Shown in pieces: positions 12,210 through 23,134 of a stretch of 40,523 bases of DNA; positions within the stretch are counted from its first letter, which is position 1, and each line of letters starts with the position of its first letter. This stretch comes from Octopus bimaculoides (Eukaryota), in the NCBI RefSeq assembly GCF_001194135.2, contig NC_068992.1, forward strand, positions 39,595,562 to 39,636,084, given 5' to 3'. The notes beneath the pieces are model-generated. The model was not told the origin of the DNA. It saw only the letters and a list, made by a program, of their open reading frames with translations, and did no database searches. The position numbers and the translations under genes are program-made.

Positions 12210-12948
12210 NNNNNNNNNNNNNNNNNNNNNNNNNNNNNNNNNNNNNNNNNNNNNNNNNNNNNNNNNNNNNNNNNNNNNNNNNNNNNNNNNNNNNNNNNNN
12301 NNNNNNNNNNNNNNNNNNNNNNNNNNNNNNNNNNNNNNNNNNNNNNNNNNNNNNNNNNNNNNNNNNNNNNNNNNNNNNNNNNNNNNNNNNNNNNNNNNNN
12401 NNNNNNNNNNNNNNNNNNNNNNNNNNNNNNNNNNNNNNNNNNNNNNNNNNNNNNNNNNNNNNNNNNNNNNNNNNNNNNNNNNNNNNNNNNNNNNNNNNNN
12501 NNNNNNNNNNNNNNNNNNNNNNNNNNNNNNNNNNNNNNNNNNNNNNNNNNNNNNNNNNNNNNNNNNNNNNNNNNNNNNNNNNNNNNNNNNNNNNNNNNNN
12601 NNNNNNNNNNNNNNNNNNNNNNNNNNNNNNNNNNNNNNNNNNNNNNNNNNNNNNNNNNNNNNNNNNNNNNNNNNNNNNNNNNNNNNNNNNNNNNNNNNNN
12701 NNNNNNNNNNNNNNNNNNNNNNNNNNNNNNNNNNNNNNNNNNNNNNNNNNNNNNNNNNNNNNNNNNNNNNNNNNNNNNNNNNNNNNNNNNNNNNNNNNNN
12801 NNNNNNNNNNNNNNNNNNNNNNNNNNNNNNNNNNNNNNNNNNNNNNNNNNNNNNNNNNNNNNNNNNNNNNNNNNNNNNNNNNNNNNNNNNNNNNNNNNNN
12901 NNNNNNNNNNNNNNNNNNNNNNNNNNNNNNNNNNNNNNNNNNNNNNNN

Positions 12949-13007
<59 letters not shown>

Positions 13008-13179
13008 CATACATACATATACATATACATATATATATGTGTGTGTGTGTGTGAGTGTGTGTTTGTGTATTTCAAACCGTATGACCAAACCTTGACCAGC
13101 GAAACATCAAAACATTGTTAATATTCTTATAGTTTTATCTGTGGGTAAAACTATTGTAGACATTAGACGTTAATCTCAG

Positions 13180-13402
13180 GGAAGCGTTCTGCATATCAAT
13201 GCAAACACATCGCAGCCATATATATCACAGTGAGTTGAAGAAAGCCTTGTCCGACAGGAAATAGTACTTTTTATGTAATGTATTCGTGATCCTCTTTCCT
13301 TTTACAATTTTTATCAGTTACTGCGGTTACAAAGGCATAAAATTCGAAATACAGTGTCCCAATTCTAAAAAACCTTATACGACCATACAACTTTGGGTTT
13401 AA
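13180..13402 (+). CDS. Candidate two-exon coding fragment (13180-13229 + 13318-13402): GSVLHINANTSQPYISHYCGYKGIKFEIQCPNSKKPYTTIQLWV*
   Basis: GTGAGT donor at 13230; long pyrimidine tract and AG at 13316-13317; 88-nt intron with compatible phase 2. Confidence 0.35.
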
Positions 13403-13425
13403 TATTTTCGCGAAAAATATAGGTA

Positions 13426-13828
13426 CAGGAGTGGCTGTGTGGTAAGTAGCTTGCATACCAACCACATGGTTCTGGGTTCAGTCCCACTGCATGGCACCTT
13501 GGGCAAGTGTCTTCTACTATAGTCTCGGGCCGACCAATGCCTTGTGAGTGGATCTGGTAGACAGAAACTGAAAGAAGCCCGTCGTATATATGTATATATA
13601 TATATATGTATGTGTGTGTATATGTTTGTGTGTCTGTGTCGCCCCCAACATCGCTTGACAATCGATGCTGGTGTGTTTACGTCCCCGTAACTTAGCGGTT
13701 CGGCAAAAGAGACCGATAGAATAAGTACTAGGCTTATAAAGAATAAGTCCTGGGGTCGATTTGCTCGACTAAAGGCGGTGCTCCAGCATGGCTGCAGTCA
13801 AAAGACTGAAACAAATAAAAGAGTAAAA
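13426..13828 (+). mobile_element. Full-length SINE family A (tRNA head, CORE-like block, internal microsatellite, tail)
   Basis: A box TGGCTGTGTGGTAAG; B-like GGTTCAGTCCC; CORE-like GGCACCTTGGGCAAGT; tail ...GACTGAAACAAATAAAAGA; repeated throughout the window. Confidence 0.9.
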
Positions 13829-13969
13829 TGAGAAATGAATCAGTTAGTTGAACTGGTGTAGATATAAATGTCTGGTTTTGAAATATTTTCCATTTGTAAT
13901 CGTTGATGTTTAGGTCGAACTTGGTTTCATGCCAGAGTAGTTAATAATATAAATACAAATTGTAATATT

Positions 13970-14178
13970 GATTCCAAATTTTGGCTTATAGCTAGCAACT
14001 TCGGAGTTGAGTTGATGATATCGATCTCAGTCCTCAACTGGTACTTATTTTATTGATCCCAAAATGATGAAAGGCAAAGCTGACTTCGGATGAAGTTGAA
14101 CTCACAATGTAAGACGGACGAAATGCCGCTTAGCATTTCCCCCGGCGTGCTAAATATTTTTGCCAGCTCACCACCTTA
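13970..14178 (-). mobile_element. SINE family C copy
   Basis: Minus head TAAGGTGGTGAGCTGGCAAAA...GAGTTCAACTT; matches other C copies. Confidence 0.85.
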
Positions 14179-14183
14179 ATAGT

Positions 14184-14399
14184 CCTTTCTACTAAAGGCA
14201 AAAGGTCTGACATCCGTGGGGAGGGATTAAGTCGATTACATCGACCCCAGTGTTTTAACTGGTACTTATTTCATCGACCCCGAAAAGATGAAAGGCTAAG
14301 TCGACCTCGGTGGAATTTGAACTCAGAACGTAATGACAGATAAAGTGCCGTTAAGCCTTTTGCCCAACATGCTAACGATTCTGCCAGCTCGCCGCCTTA
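14184..14399 (-). mobile_element. SINE family C copy, tandem with the previous one
   Basis: Minus head TAAGGCGGCGAGCTGGCAGAATCGTTAGC; B box GAGTTCAAATTCC; tail ...TAGTAGAAAGGACTATT. Confidence 0.9.
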
Positions 14400-14489
14400 A
14401 TAATAATATCACTATTGACTGACTGTGGTATTTACCAAACTAAATCAATATTACTATGGAAATTATATTACACTGTCCACCACAAGGTC

Positions 14490-14700
14490 CAGTTCTCGTT
14501 CCGGTGTGTTGGCCTAGGTACCTCAGTGACCCAGAGAGTTATTCCAGTGGAGCGTAAGCTTCTGGTGGGCCTTCCATACCTGATAAGTCAATAGATAGAG
14601 GCCAGATTAATACGAACCCTCTCTTTTTAAAGTTAAAAATTGGTTTGTGTAGGGCTACCACCCCCACTGAGAAAAATGCAAATTTACAGGAGCATCTAGG
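14490..14700 (+). mobile_element. RTE-clade LINE 5' UTR-like remnant
   Basis: GTGACCCAGAGAGTTAT...CTGGTGGGCCTTCCAT...GAGGCCAGATTAA...AGGGCTACCACCCC resembles RTE/Expander leaders (from recall). Confidence 0.4.
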
Positions 14701-15648
14701 ACAATTCAAAACCAATAAAACCCGGAGAAGCAGGATACTCAGAATATAGAGTCGAGAATACGAAAGCAAATTGTCGAGGCTGGTGTTCCAAAGGAAGCAA
14801 AGAGCTTAATGGAAATGATGTTATATACACTCGAGTACATAAACATAGAAATTACCAAAAATTTATTGTAATTCTATATACAAAAATATGTTTCTACATT
14901 TCTCTTCAAGTCTTGTATACTCGATTAATCATTGTAATTAATTTTACTGTAGTAGAAGCAAAAATGATCGTACTTTCCGTACGTGACAGACAATTTTAAA
15001 TGCTTTTGGTATTTCGTTCATCTAACTATTCTCATACTGAGAGTAACTGGAAAAAATATTCCATTCTGAGTGGAGATTCTGTTGCTGCAAAGGACAAAGG
15101 GTTAGCTACGACGGTTTGTGAAGTATATGCTACAATGGCTTGTAAAATTTAGCTGTAGTGGCTTGTTACAGTAAATTGTGCTTCACTCCATATTTTCAAT
15201 GTTCATTACAATGGTCGAAGTGGGTTAAATCTTCGCAAGTAAAACGAAACATCTGTGAATTTTATAAGTTGAAATGATCTGTTGTCAGTGAACCAAAATG
15301 AGAAATAATATGTAGTATCATAGACAATTAGCTGTATAATTACTGGCTGATGCAGTGACTGCTGTAATATAATTAGTCTTTATAGTCATTGGTAAAATAT
15401 GGTAAAAGAGGCTGGTGGTAAAAAAGCTCGAATAAAAAGTGAGCGACTCTGGTTCGAATCCTAAGATTTGTGAAAAGCTGTTGACCAGCCGGCAGAAATT
15501 TTGTTTATCTTTCGTGTCCTTTTCTCTTCTGCATTGACAGCAGCAGCTGTGACCAACACCTTATTGTTTGTTGTGTAATTTGGCTTTTATATAGCTACAT
15601 GTCAGTCCATAGGCACCGCTGATGGAATCACTTGATCTTAACCATGAT

Positions 15649-15713
<65 letters not shown>

Positions 15714-15965
15714 NNNNNNNNNNNNNNNNNNNNNNNNNNNNNNNNNNNNNNNNNNNNNNNNNNNNNNNNNNNNNNNNNNNNNNNNNNNNNNNNNNNNNNN
15801 NNNNNNNNNNNNNNNNNNNNNNNNNNNNNNNNNNNNNNNNNNNNNNNNNNNNNNNNNNNNNNNNNNNNNNNNNNNNNNNNNNNNNNNNNNNNNNNNNNNN
15901 NNNNNNNNNNNNNNNNNNNNNNNNNNNNNNNNNNNNNNNNNNNNNNNNNNNNNNNNNNNNNNNNN

Positions 15966-16001
<36 letters not shown>

Positions 16002-16527
16002 TCAAACTTTTAGGTTATATTTGTTCTAGTTTAATAGGGATTGAGAGCCAACGGTCGGCTAATCCTAGTTAATCTTGTGAACATGTTTTCTCGGAAACAC
16101 ACTTTGTGACATATTGATTTCTTCCAACTTGAAAGAATATCAATACTGTAAAAATATTGTTACTTAATTCATCGATCAATACAGGACAATGACTCTGGAC
16201 TGTCATGAAAAATTCATCTCCCTCCCTTGATAGCTATTTCTAGTGATTTCGTCTCGTGTGTCGGCTCAAGATTTGTGTGGTTAATTTTAGTATTGGCTCT
16301 ATAAAGATGAGAAACTGTTAGCAGACCAGTGAGACAGAGGCTGACGCAGGCTCCTCTTTTAACAAGGGTAACATCAGATTTGACAATAAACCTCATTGGT
16401 GTCATGTAACATTGTCAAACGTCTCATCGTGATTTGAACTTAGAAAGTAGACGAGCTCACCAAATTTTACTAACCCAACAACAGCAACAACAACAACAAC
16501 AATGATAATGATAATAATAATCATAAT

Positions 16528-16700
16528 AATGTCCTGGGGACAGTATCAGAAGACACCAAAGAGAATATAAAGGAAATTCGAATAGAGTGCCCAGTAGAAC
16601 TGTTACAAAAGGTTTGCCTACTACAGGAAAGTATTTGATAGAAAAGAACGGGTAGCATGGTAACGTATGCTGCAGGTAGTAAGCCCGCTACATAAGAGAA

Positions 16701-16702
<2 letters not shown>
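16528..16702 (+). mobile_element. R4/Dong-like retrotransposon 3' end fragment (a)
   Basis: VLGTVSEDTKENIKEIRIECPVELLQKVCLL then a short UTR; TAA-type tracts on both sides. Confidence 0.7.
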
Positions 16703-16747
<45 letters not shown>

Positions 16748-16748
<1 letters not shown>

Positions 16749-18562
16749 GGGCACATACGGCTGTAAAGATCCATTAATGATCAATAAAGCCATAACTGAA
16801 GACAACCGCAGAAAGAAGAAAGGCCTCAGTATGGCCTGGATCGATTACCGAAAGGCTTTTGACAGTGTACCCCACAAGTGGATCCTCGAAACACTAGCCA
16901 TAAACAAGGTGGCACCAATTATTATAAAATACATAAGACTCTCTTTGAATAAATGGCAGACAGTGCTACAGCTCCAAACAAGAGAGAGACTCGTGAAAAC
17001 CAAAGTCATCCCCATTAGAAGAGGAATATTCCAGGGAGACACGTTCTCTCCACTCCTGTTCTGCTTGGCACTGTCACCTTTATATGACAAGCTAAATAGA
17101 ACTGGATGCGGATACAAATGTTACGGCAAAACAATCAGCCACCTCATATATGGATGACCTAAAACTATACGCTACAAATGACAAAAAGCAAGAAACACTA
17201 CAAAAGACAGTACATGGATTTACCAAAGAAATAAACAGGAAATTTGATTAGAAAAATGTGCTAAAGCAACCTTGAAAAGAGGAAAACTAGTTAAGAGTAG
17301 CAACATCATACTAGATAAAGCCAATGAAATAAGAGAATTAGACCAAAGGCAGACATACAAATATTTAGGAATCAATGAACTAGATAGGATACAACACACT
17401 CAAATGAAAGAAAAAATAAAGAAAGAGTACTATAGACGAGTTAGATCAATATTAAAAACAGAGCTCAATGCTAAAAACAAGATAATAGGTATTAACACTT
17501 TAGCTGTCCCAGTTATAAGTTACAGCTACAATATCCTTAACTGGATACTAAGCGAACAATCTAAAATAGACAGGAAAGCAAGAAAAATAATGACAGGATA
17601 TAGGATGCACCACACAAAATCTAACATAGAAAGGCTATATATATACAACGCACAGAAGGTGGCAGGGGTCTTATACAGCTGGAAAACTATTATAAAATAA
17701 CCACCATAGGACTGCAAAAATACCTNNNNNNNNNNNNNNNNNNNNNNNNNNNNNNNNNNNNNNNNNNNNNNNNNNNNNNNNNNNNNNNNNNNNNNNNNNN
17801 NNNNNNNNNNNNNNNNNNNNNNNNNNNNNNNNNNNNNNNNNNNNNNNNNNNNNNNNNNNNNNNNNNNNNNNNNNNNNNNNNNNNNNNNNNNNNNNNNNNN
17901 NNNNNNNNNNNNNNNNCACCAGAAATTACCAAAAACATATAATGAAAAGAAACATAGCAAGTAACTGCAGAATATGTGGAGATGGACAAGAAACAATAAA
18001 TCATATTATCTCTGGCTGCCCAGTCCTGGCTAAGAAGGAATATATTCACAGACACGACAGAGCTGGGACCTACATACACTGGAAGCTATGCCAACACTAT
18101 GGAGTAACAACAGAAAAAAAAAGGTCACAGAGAATGAGAAAGCAACCATACTCTGGGATATGCTAATGCTAACAGATAGAGAAATTAAGGCAAATAGGCC
18201 AGATATAGTTGTCAAAGATGATGAAGGAAAAAATGCTTCCTAATTGATGTATCAATACCAGCAGATGACAACGTTACCTTAAAAGAAATGGAGAAACTTT
18301 TAAAATACAAAGACCTGGAAATAGAGGTAACTCGAATGTGGAATCTAAAAACAGAAACAATTCCTATCATAGTAGGTGCCTTAGGTATAATAAAAAATAT
18401 TCAGACAAATACATAACAAAAACACCAGGACTTACAAATATATATAACAGACAGAAAATTGCACACATCCTACGCAAAACACTTTCAATACAGTAACCAT
18501 AAGAGCACACAGAGCTGCGCTCGGTAGTGAAGTGAAAGCGCATTATAAAAATAAAACTACTG
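16748..18562 (+). pseudogene. 5'-truncated R4/Dong-like RLE retrotransposon (b)
   Basis: RT: AWIDYRKAFDSVPH, RRGIFQGDTFSPLLFC, Y-DDLKLY; CCHC: CRICGDGQETINHIISGC...RHD; RLE: NRPDIVVKD...IDVSIP...KYKDL; (TAA)n 5' and (CAA)n(TAA)n 3'. Confidence 0.9.
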
Positions 18563-18586
18563 AACAACAACAACAACAACAACAAC

Positions 18587-18640
<54 letters not shown>

Positions 18641-18641
<1 letters not shown>

Positions 18642-18935
18642 GAGAAAAATTTGCAATGCTATTCGGCATAGCATGTCCCGATGACAACAGGATCAAAGAA
18701 AAAGAACAACTATGACCATTTGTAGTAGGAAATATGAAGGTTGTTTACAATCAAGAGAGTGGACGTAATGCCAATTGTAATTGGCACACTTGGTAGTATC
18801 AGTACTCAACAAGCAATATGGCTAAAAAAGATTGGTGCAAATGTAAAGACAGAGCGCCTACAAAAATCATCATTGTTTAGAACTGCAAGTCATCAGCAAG
18901 GCTTTTGAAGCACGATTAAGGAACAAGTGTCACCT
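18641..18935 (+). mobile_element. R4/Dong-like RLE 3' fragment (c)
   Basis: IACPDDNRIKEKEQ...VMPIVIGTLGSIS...WLKKIG...LQKSSLFRTA; starts directly after (TAA)n. Confidence 0.75.
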
Positions 18936-18964
18936 TAGTCACGTAGCGGTGGACAGCTGACATT

Positions 18965-20201
18965 TTCCATTATACCCAGCAATACGAATGGAGGACTTCA
19001 AATTGCCATTATGGAGAAGTACAGTTTTTAAACTTCGTTTTGAAGAGTCAATAAACAAACGTCACTCTGCAGAATCATGATTTTGTGATGAACATTTGAA
19101 AAGTCAATCAAAGTTACTGCAAAAGCAAAGCGGGCTTTCAGCAGAAAAACACGTTTCTAGAACCACATTTCTCTGCCGAAAATGAGCTATACGAACACCG
19201 TGTTCTAGCAGATACTTCTTCAGTCTTGATGCTAACAGTTCTGCTTTATATTTTGAGAGGGAAAGTCTATGACAAGGTCATTCAGTTCAGTTTGGGAAAA
19301 TTTCTGAGATTCAAAGCTATCGTCATCAGCCACGTAATCTTCATCTCATGTTTCAGTACCATCATCTGGTGGAACTAGAATTGGCAGACCTCTATTGTGA
19401 GGCATAGGTCTCATTGCAGAATCCAAATTGGGATACATAATTTTGTATTTATTCTTCACAGAAAATCCTGTGACATTTACTTTGCAAAAATAACAGTCAT
19501 TAAAATGGTCTTTCGGCTCCCTCCATATCATCGGAATGGCAAAAGGCATGGACTTATTATTATTATTATTGAATCAGTCACGTAAGCCATTTGAGCAAGC
19601 TGAGCCGATAAAATGTGGTGCCCATAACTTGTCCTGATCTCCAAGAGGTCAGTCAAAGCATAACTTATAAATCTTCTTGATCTCCGGTGTTATTGTACGT
19701 TTTTGAGCTTTCACAAGAAATTGTCCACAGGCATAAAAGCCCCCCACATCATGATGATTTCTACACTGTCTTCACATTGTTAACACTGTAAAACAAATAA
19801 GGAAATAAATACAAACGGTTATACTTATACTGAATTTGTGATGATGAAATATTTCATCAGACCAATTATGACTGGACAATTTGAGATGTTGAAACACCTA
19901 TTTCATCAGACAAAATTTGATTGATTAATTTAAGATGATGAAATATTGCATCTGAACTATGCAGCAATGAATAACGCAGTTTATTTCAAAAGAATGTTTC
20001 CATGATATAATAAATGAAATACATGCATACACGTCATCCATTGGAATTTCTATATAATGCGTGAACTAAAGCCTAAAAACTTTCTCATCTTGAAAACTGT
20101 ACGTGATGTCAAAGAACTAATTTTATATTTGAAATCAGCGTTAAAAACTACATTGAGTACACCTTGACATATACTTGATGAAAAATATTTGTTGACAAGT
20201 G
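18965..20201 (-). mobile_element. Chapaev3-like (CMC group) DNA transposon, 5' half with decayed transposase
   Basis: Minus-strand LGDQDKLWAPH, MPFAIPMIWREPKDHFNDCYFC, YPNLDSAMRP, FSQTELNDLV, KAELLASRLK, RLFIDSSKRSLKTVLLHNGN; terminus CACTTGTCAACAAA at 20201. Family name from recall. Confidence 0.75.
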
Positions 20202-20229
20202 TTATCATATCGATCCTGAGTGTTAGGGG

Positions 20230-20335
20230 TGTGCATGAGAAGTAACTTTGACTCCAGTGGAATTCGAACTCAGAAAGCAATGACCTGGAAGAAATACTGC
20301 TTGATATTTTGTCCTGCGCTTTACAGATTTAGCTG
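20230..20335 (-). mobile_element. Degenerate SINE family C fragment
   Basis: GTGGAATTCGAACTCAGAA block shared with other C copies. Confidence 0.6.
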
Positions 20336-20504
20336 CTGATATTTTTCATAAGGAAATCACAGAAAAAGTGAAAAAGAATATATTTGAAAAGGTTAGAGTT
20401 TGTACTGAAGTCGAGAGTAAATTCAAAGAATTTGATAAATAAGGTAAAGACGTGAATAAATGTCATGCGTTGTTACTAAATAAAACGGAAAATTGGAGAT
20501 AGAT

Positions 20505-20518
20505 AGAGAGAGGAAAGG

Positions 20519-20582
<64 letters not shown>
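20505..20582. repeat. (GA)n microsatellite
   Basis: Direct read. Confidence 0.97.
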
Positions 20583-20584
<2 letters not shown>

Positions 20585-20587
<3 letters not shown>

Positions 20588-21060
20588 TGTTAGCATTTGT
20601 GTGATTAAAGAACAAAGTTCTGTAAAGCATTACTTTTCAAAGAGTGAAGAACTACTTAAACATACTGCAATGGAACTTGGATTTACTTGTATGGAATTTC
20701 AAGAGATGAAAGCATAAGCTAGATAATTTGTGAAAGAAAGAAAGCACTAGAAGAAAATGCAGTTACAAGGACAATTATATTCAGGAATGTCAAAAATAAT
20801 AACAGAAGGTGGGAGTGACATTGGAGTGGAGATTTATCGTGAGAAACTGAAAGTTTGTTAACGGCTGCTCAAAATCAAGCTCCAGCTAATAGTTCAGGGA
20901 ATAAGAGTGTTTATTCCACTCTTTCAATAGACAGGTGCCACCAATATAATCAACGAGTAGAAAATACTGAGCTATACTGTTGTAGGATGCATAATTTTAG
21001 CTTGAGAAGAACATAAGCGACGTCTTGCTGAGGTTTGTATTAACTCTATAACAAATATAG
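20585..21060 (+). mobile_element. R4/Dong-like C-terminal fragment (d)
   Basis: KSEELLKHTAMELG...ETESLLTAAQNQA...DRCHQYNQRVE, homologous to ESLLVAA*DQAL of copy f. Confidence 0.7.
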
Positions 21061-21149
21061 AAAAAATACTTCAAATAAGTGACATCAGAAAAAGACTTCA
21101 CATTAAAAATTCTATGGAATTTTAGCCTCTAAATAAACAGAACAATAGA

Positions 21150-21366
21150 TTACTGTCGCTATCAAAATCGTTAACACAACGGCCGAAATGCTTGGCGGTA
21201 TTTCGTTTGTTGCTATGCTCTGCGTTCAAATTTTGTCGCGGTCGACTTTGTCTTTCATCCTTTCGGGGTCGATGAGTTAAGTACCAGTTGAGTACTGGTG
21301 TCGGTATAACCGACTATCCCGCTCCCCCAAATTTTAGGCCTTGTGTCTATAGTAGAAAGGATTATA
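21150..21366 (+). mobile_element. SINE family C copy
   Basis: GCGTTCAAATT...GTCGACTTTGTCTTTCATCCTTTCGGGGTCGAT...TATAGTAGAAAGGATTAT. Confidence 0.88.
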
Positions 21367-21714
21367 TACGACATAAAAAGACAAAGTGTTTCCTATCGGA
21401 CTTGCGAGACTTTTTGACGAAAAACATAACAGAGAAGGAAATAGAAAGGATATCAAAATATGCTGAACTAAAAATAGTGCTATAAAAATGAGTTAAATAT
21501 CCAGCAGTAAAAGTTAAAGTTGTTCAGATGCCAATGGAGCAATTGGTTCAATCCCCAAACTATCACTTTGAACTGCTGGACATCAAGTTATTACTGTAAA
21601 AATCTCTCTTCCGTGGAAAATTAGACAATTTTCTTCGTTAAGTATTTGCTCTCTAAGACCTTTCGTGAGGCCCTGACAGTTAAGAAAAAGAATAAAAAAC
21701 AACACAAACTAGTA

Positions 21715-21930
21715 TTTTATATCTTCGAATAGTAATTGTCGCGCCTTTAATAATTGGTGTATTGGGAATAATAAGCCAAGATATAGAAAACTGACTGAGT
21801 GAGATTGGATTAGAATGTCCGGTAGAGCTACTATAGAAAGTTTGTCTCTTAGGGACAGCAAGGATTATCAGGAGGGTTCTAAGCACTCGAAAGACTGATG
21901 AAAACTCGTGGATACCCGCTACCCATATAA
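21715..21930 (+). mobile_element. R4/Dong-like 3' fragment (e)
   Basis: APLIIGVLGII...EIGLECPVELL*KVCLLGTARIIRRVL; same subfamily as fragment a. Confidence 0.78.
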
Positions 21931-22369
21931 ATCCTACGATGAGTAAGACCGAACGTGAGCCAAACCAAAATAATAAGTTGGACTAGAAAAATACTTACAA
22001 ACAAAAAGTGGATGACTACTACATATAATAAAACAACACGAAAAACAAAAAGAAAAAAAGATTTTTTCTATACACAGAGAAACGACAAAATACAAAACTG
22101 AAATAAACTACAGTGATATACTGATCTCAGATGACAACACAGCAGAATTGGTCAAAGAGACAGAAAGAGAAACACGAAAAGGGAACTACGTAACGTATTA
22201 AAGAAGAGAGGCAGAGAAAAAAAAAACATTAACACACAATGCTGCACCAATGCTGCACAGACATCAACAACGGGGAGGTGCAGTAGGTTATGCAGTAGAA
22301 ATTTTTCTGAAACTATCAAATGTCAAATAAAGATAATGATAATGGCATGCACTGCTTTCTCACTGAATG

Positions 22370-22436
<67 letters not shown>

Positions 22437-22439
<3 letters not shown>

Positions 22440-23089
22440 CTTATTAATAATAGAAATGATTTGGGACAGTAATAGAAGAGTTAAAACAGCGTATCATAAC
22501 AGTAGCAGGTAAACTCTTCAGATATCAGAAAAGAATAGATCAGTGTCAACAGAATAGATTATTTGAAATACCACAGGAGATTTTAAAACTAAATAAATAG
22601 TGGAGAACGAAATACTGAAGATGAGAAACCTAATGCAGAGGAAGCTAGAAGGTTTGGAGTAATATTTTGGATAAGTCAGTCAATCATAATGGAGATGCAG
22701 TATAGTTAAAGAAAGTGAGGGGAAAAGTAATGAGTGAGAAGCAGCCAGATCTAAGATTAACTAGTGCATTAATGAGGAAAATGCCGAATTAGAAGGGCCT
22801 AGGACTAAATTTAGTTCAAGGGTACTGGCTAAAGAAATTCAGTAGTTTACATGGGAGGCTGAGGGGACAACTTCAGGATTGCCTTAACGGATGTAAAATA
22901 CCAGATTGGTTGACTAGAGAGAGGGTAATACTCATTATGAAAGATAAGAGCAAGAGTAATACAGCTAGCAACTATAGACCAATCACTTGCTTACAATTAG
23001 TGTGGAAGCTGTTAACAGGAATGTTTTCAGAAAGCATTTACGAGCACGTTGTCAACCAGAATTTAATACAAGAACAGAAACGCATGATC

Positions 23090-23134
<45 letters not shown>

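Noticed and set aside
15038-15084. 47-nt minus-strand splice-bounded segment
   Set aside because: Short, open in all frames, no supporting evidence
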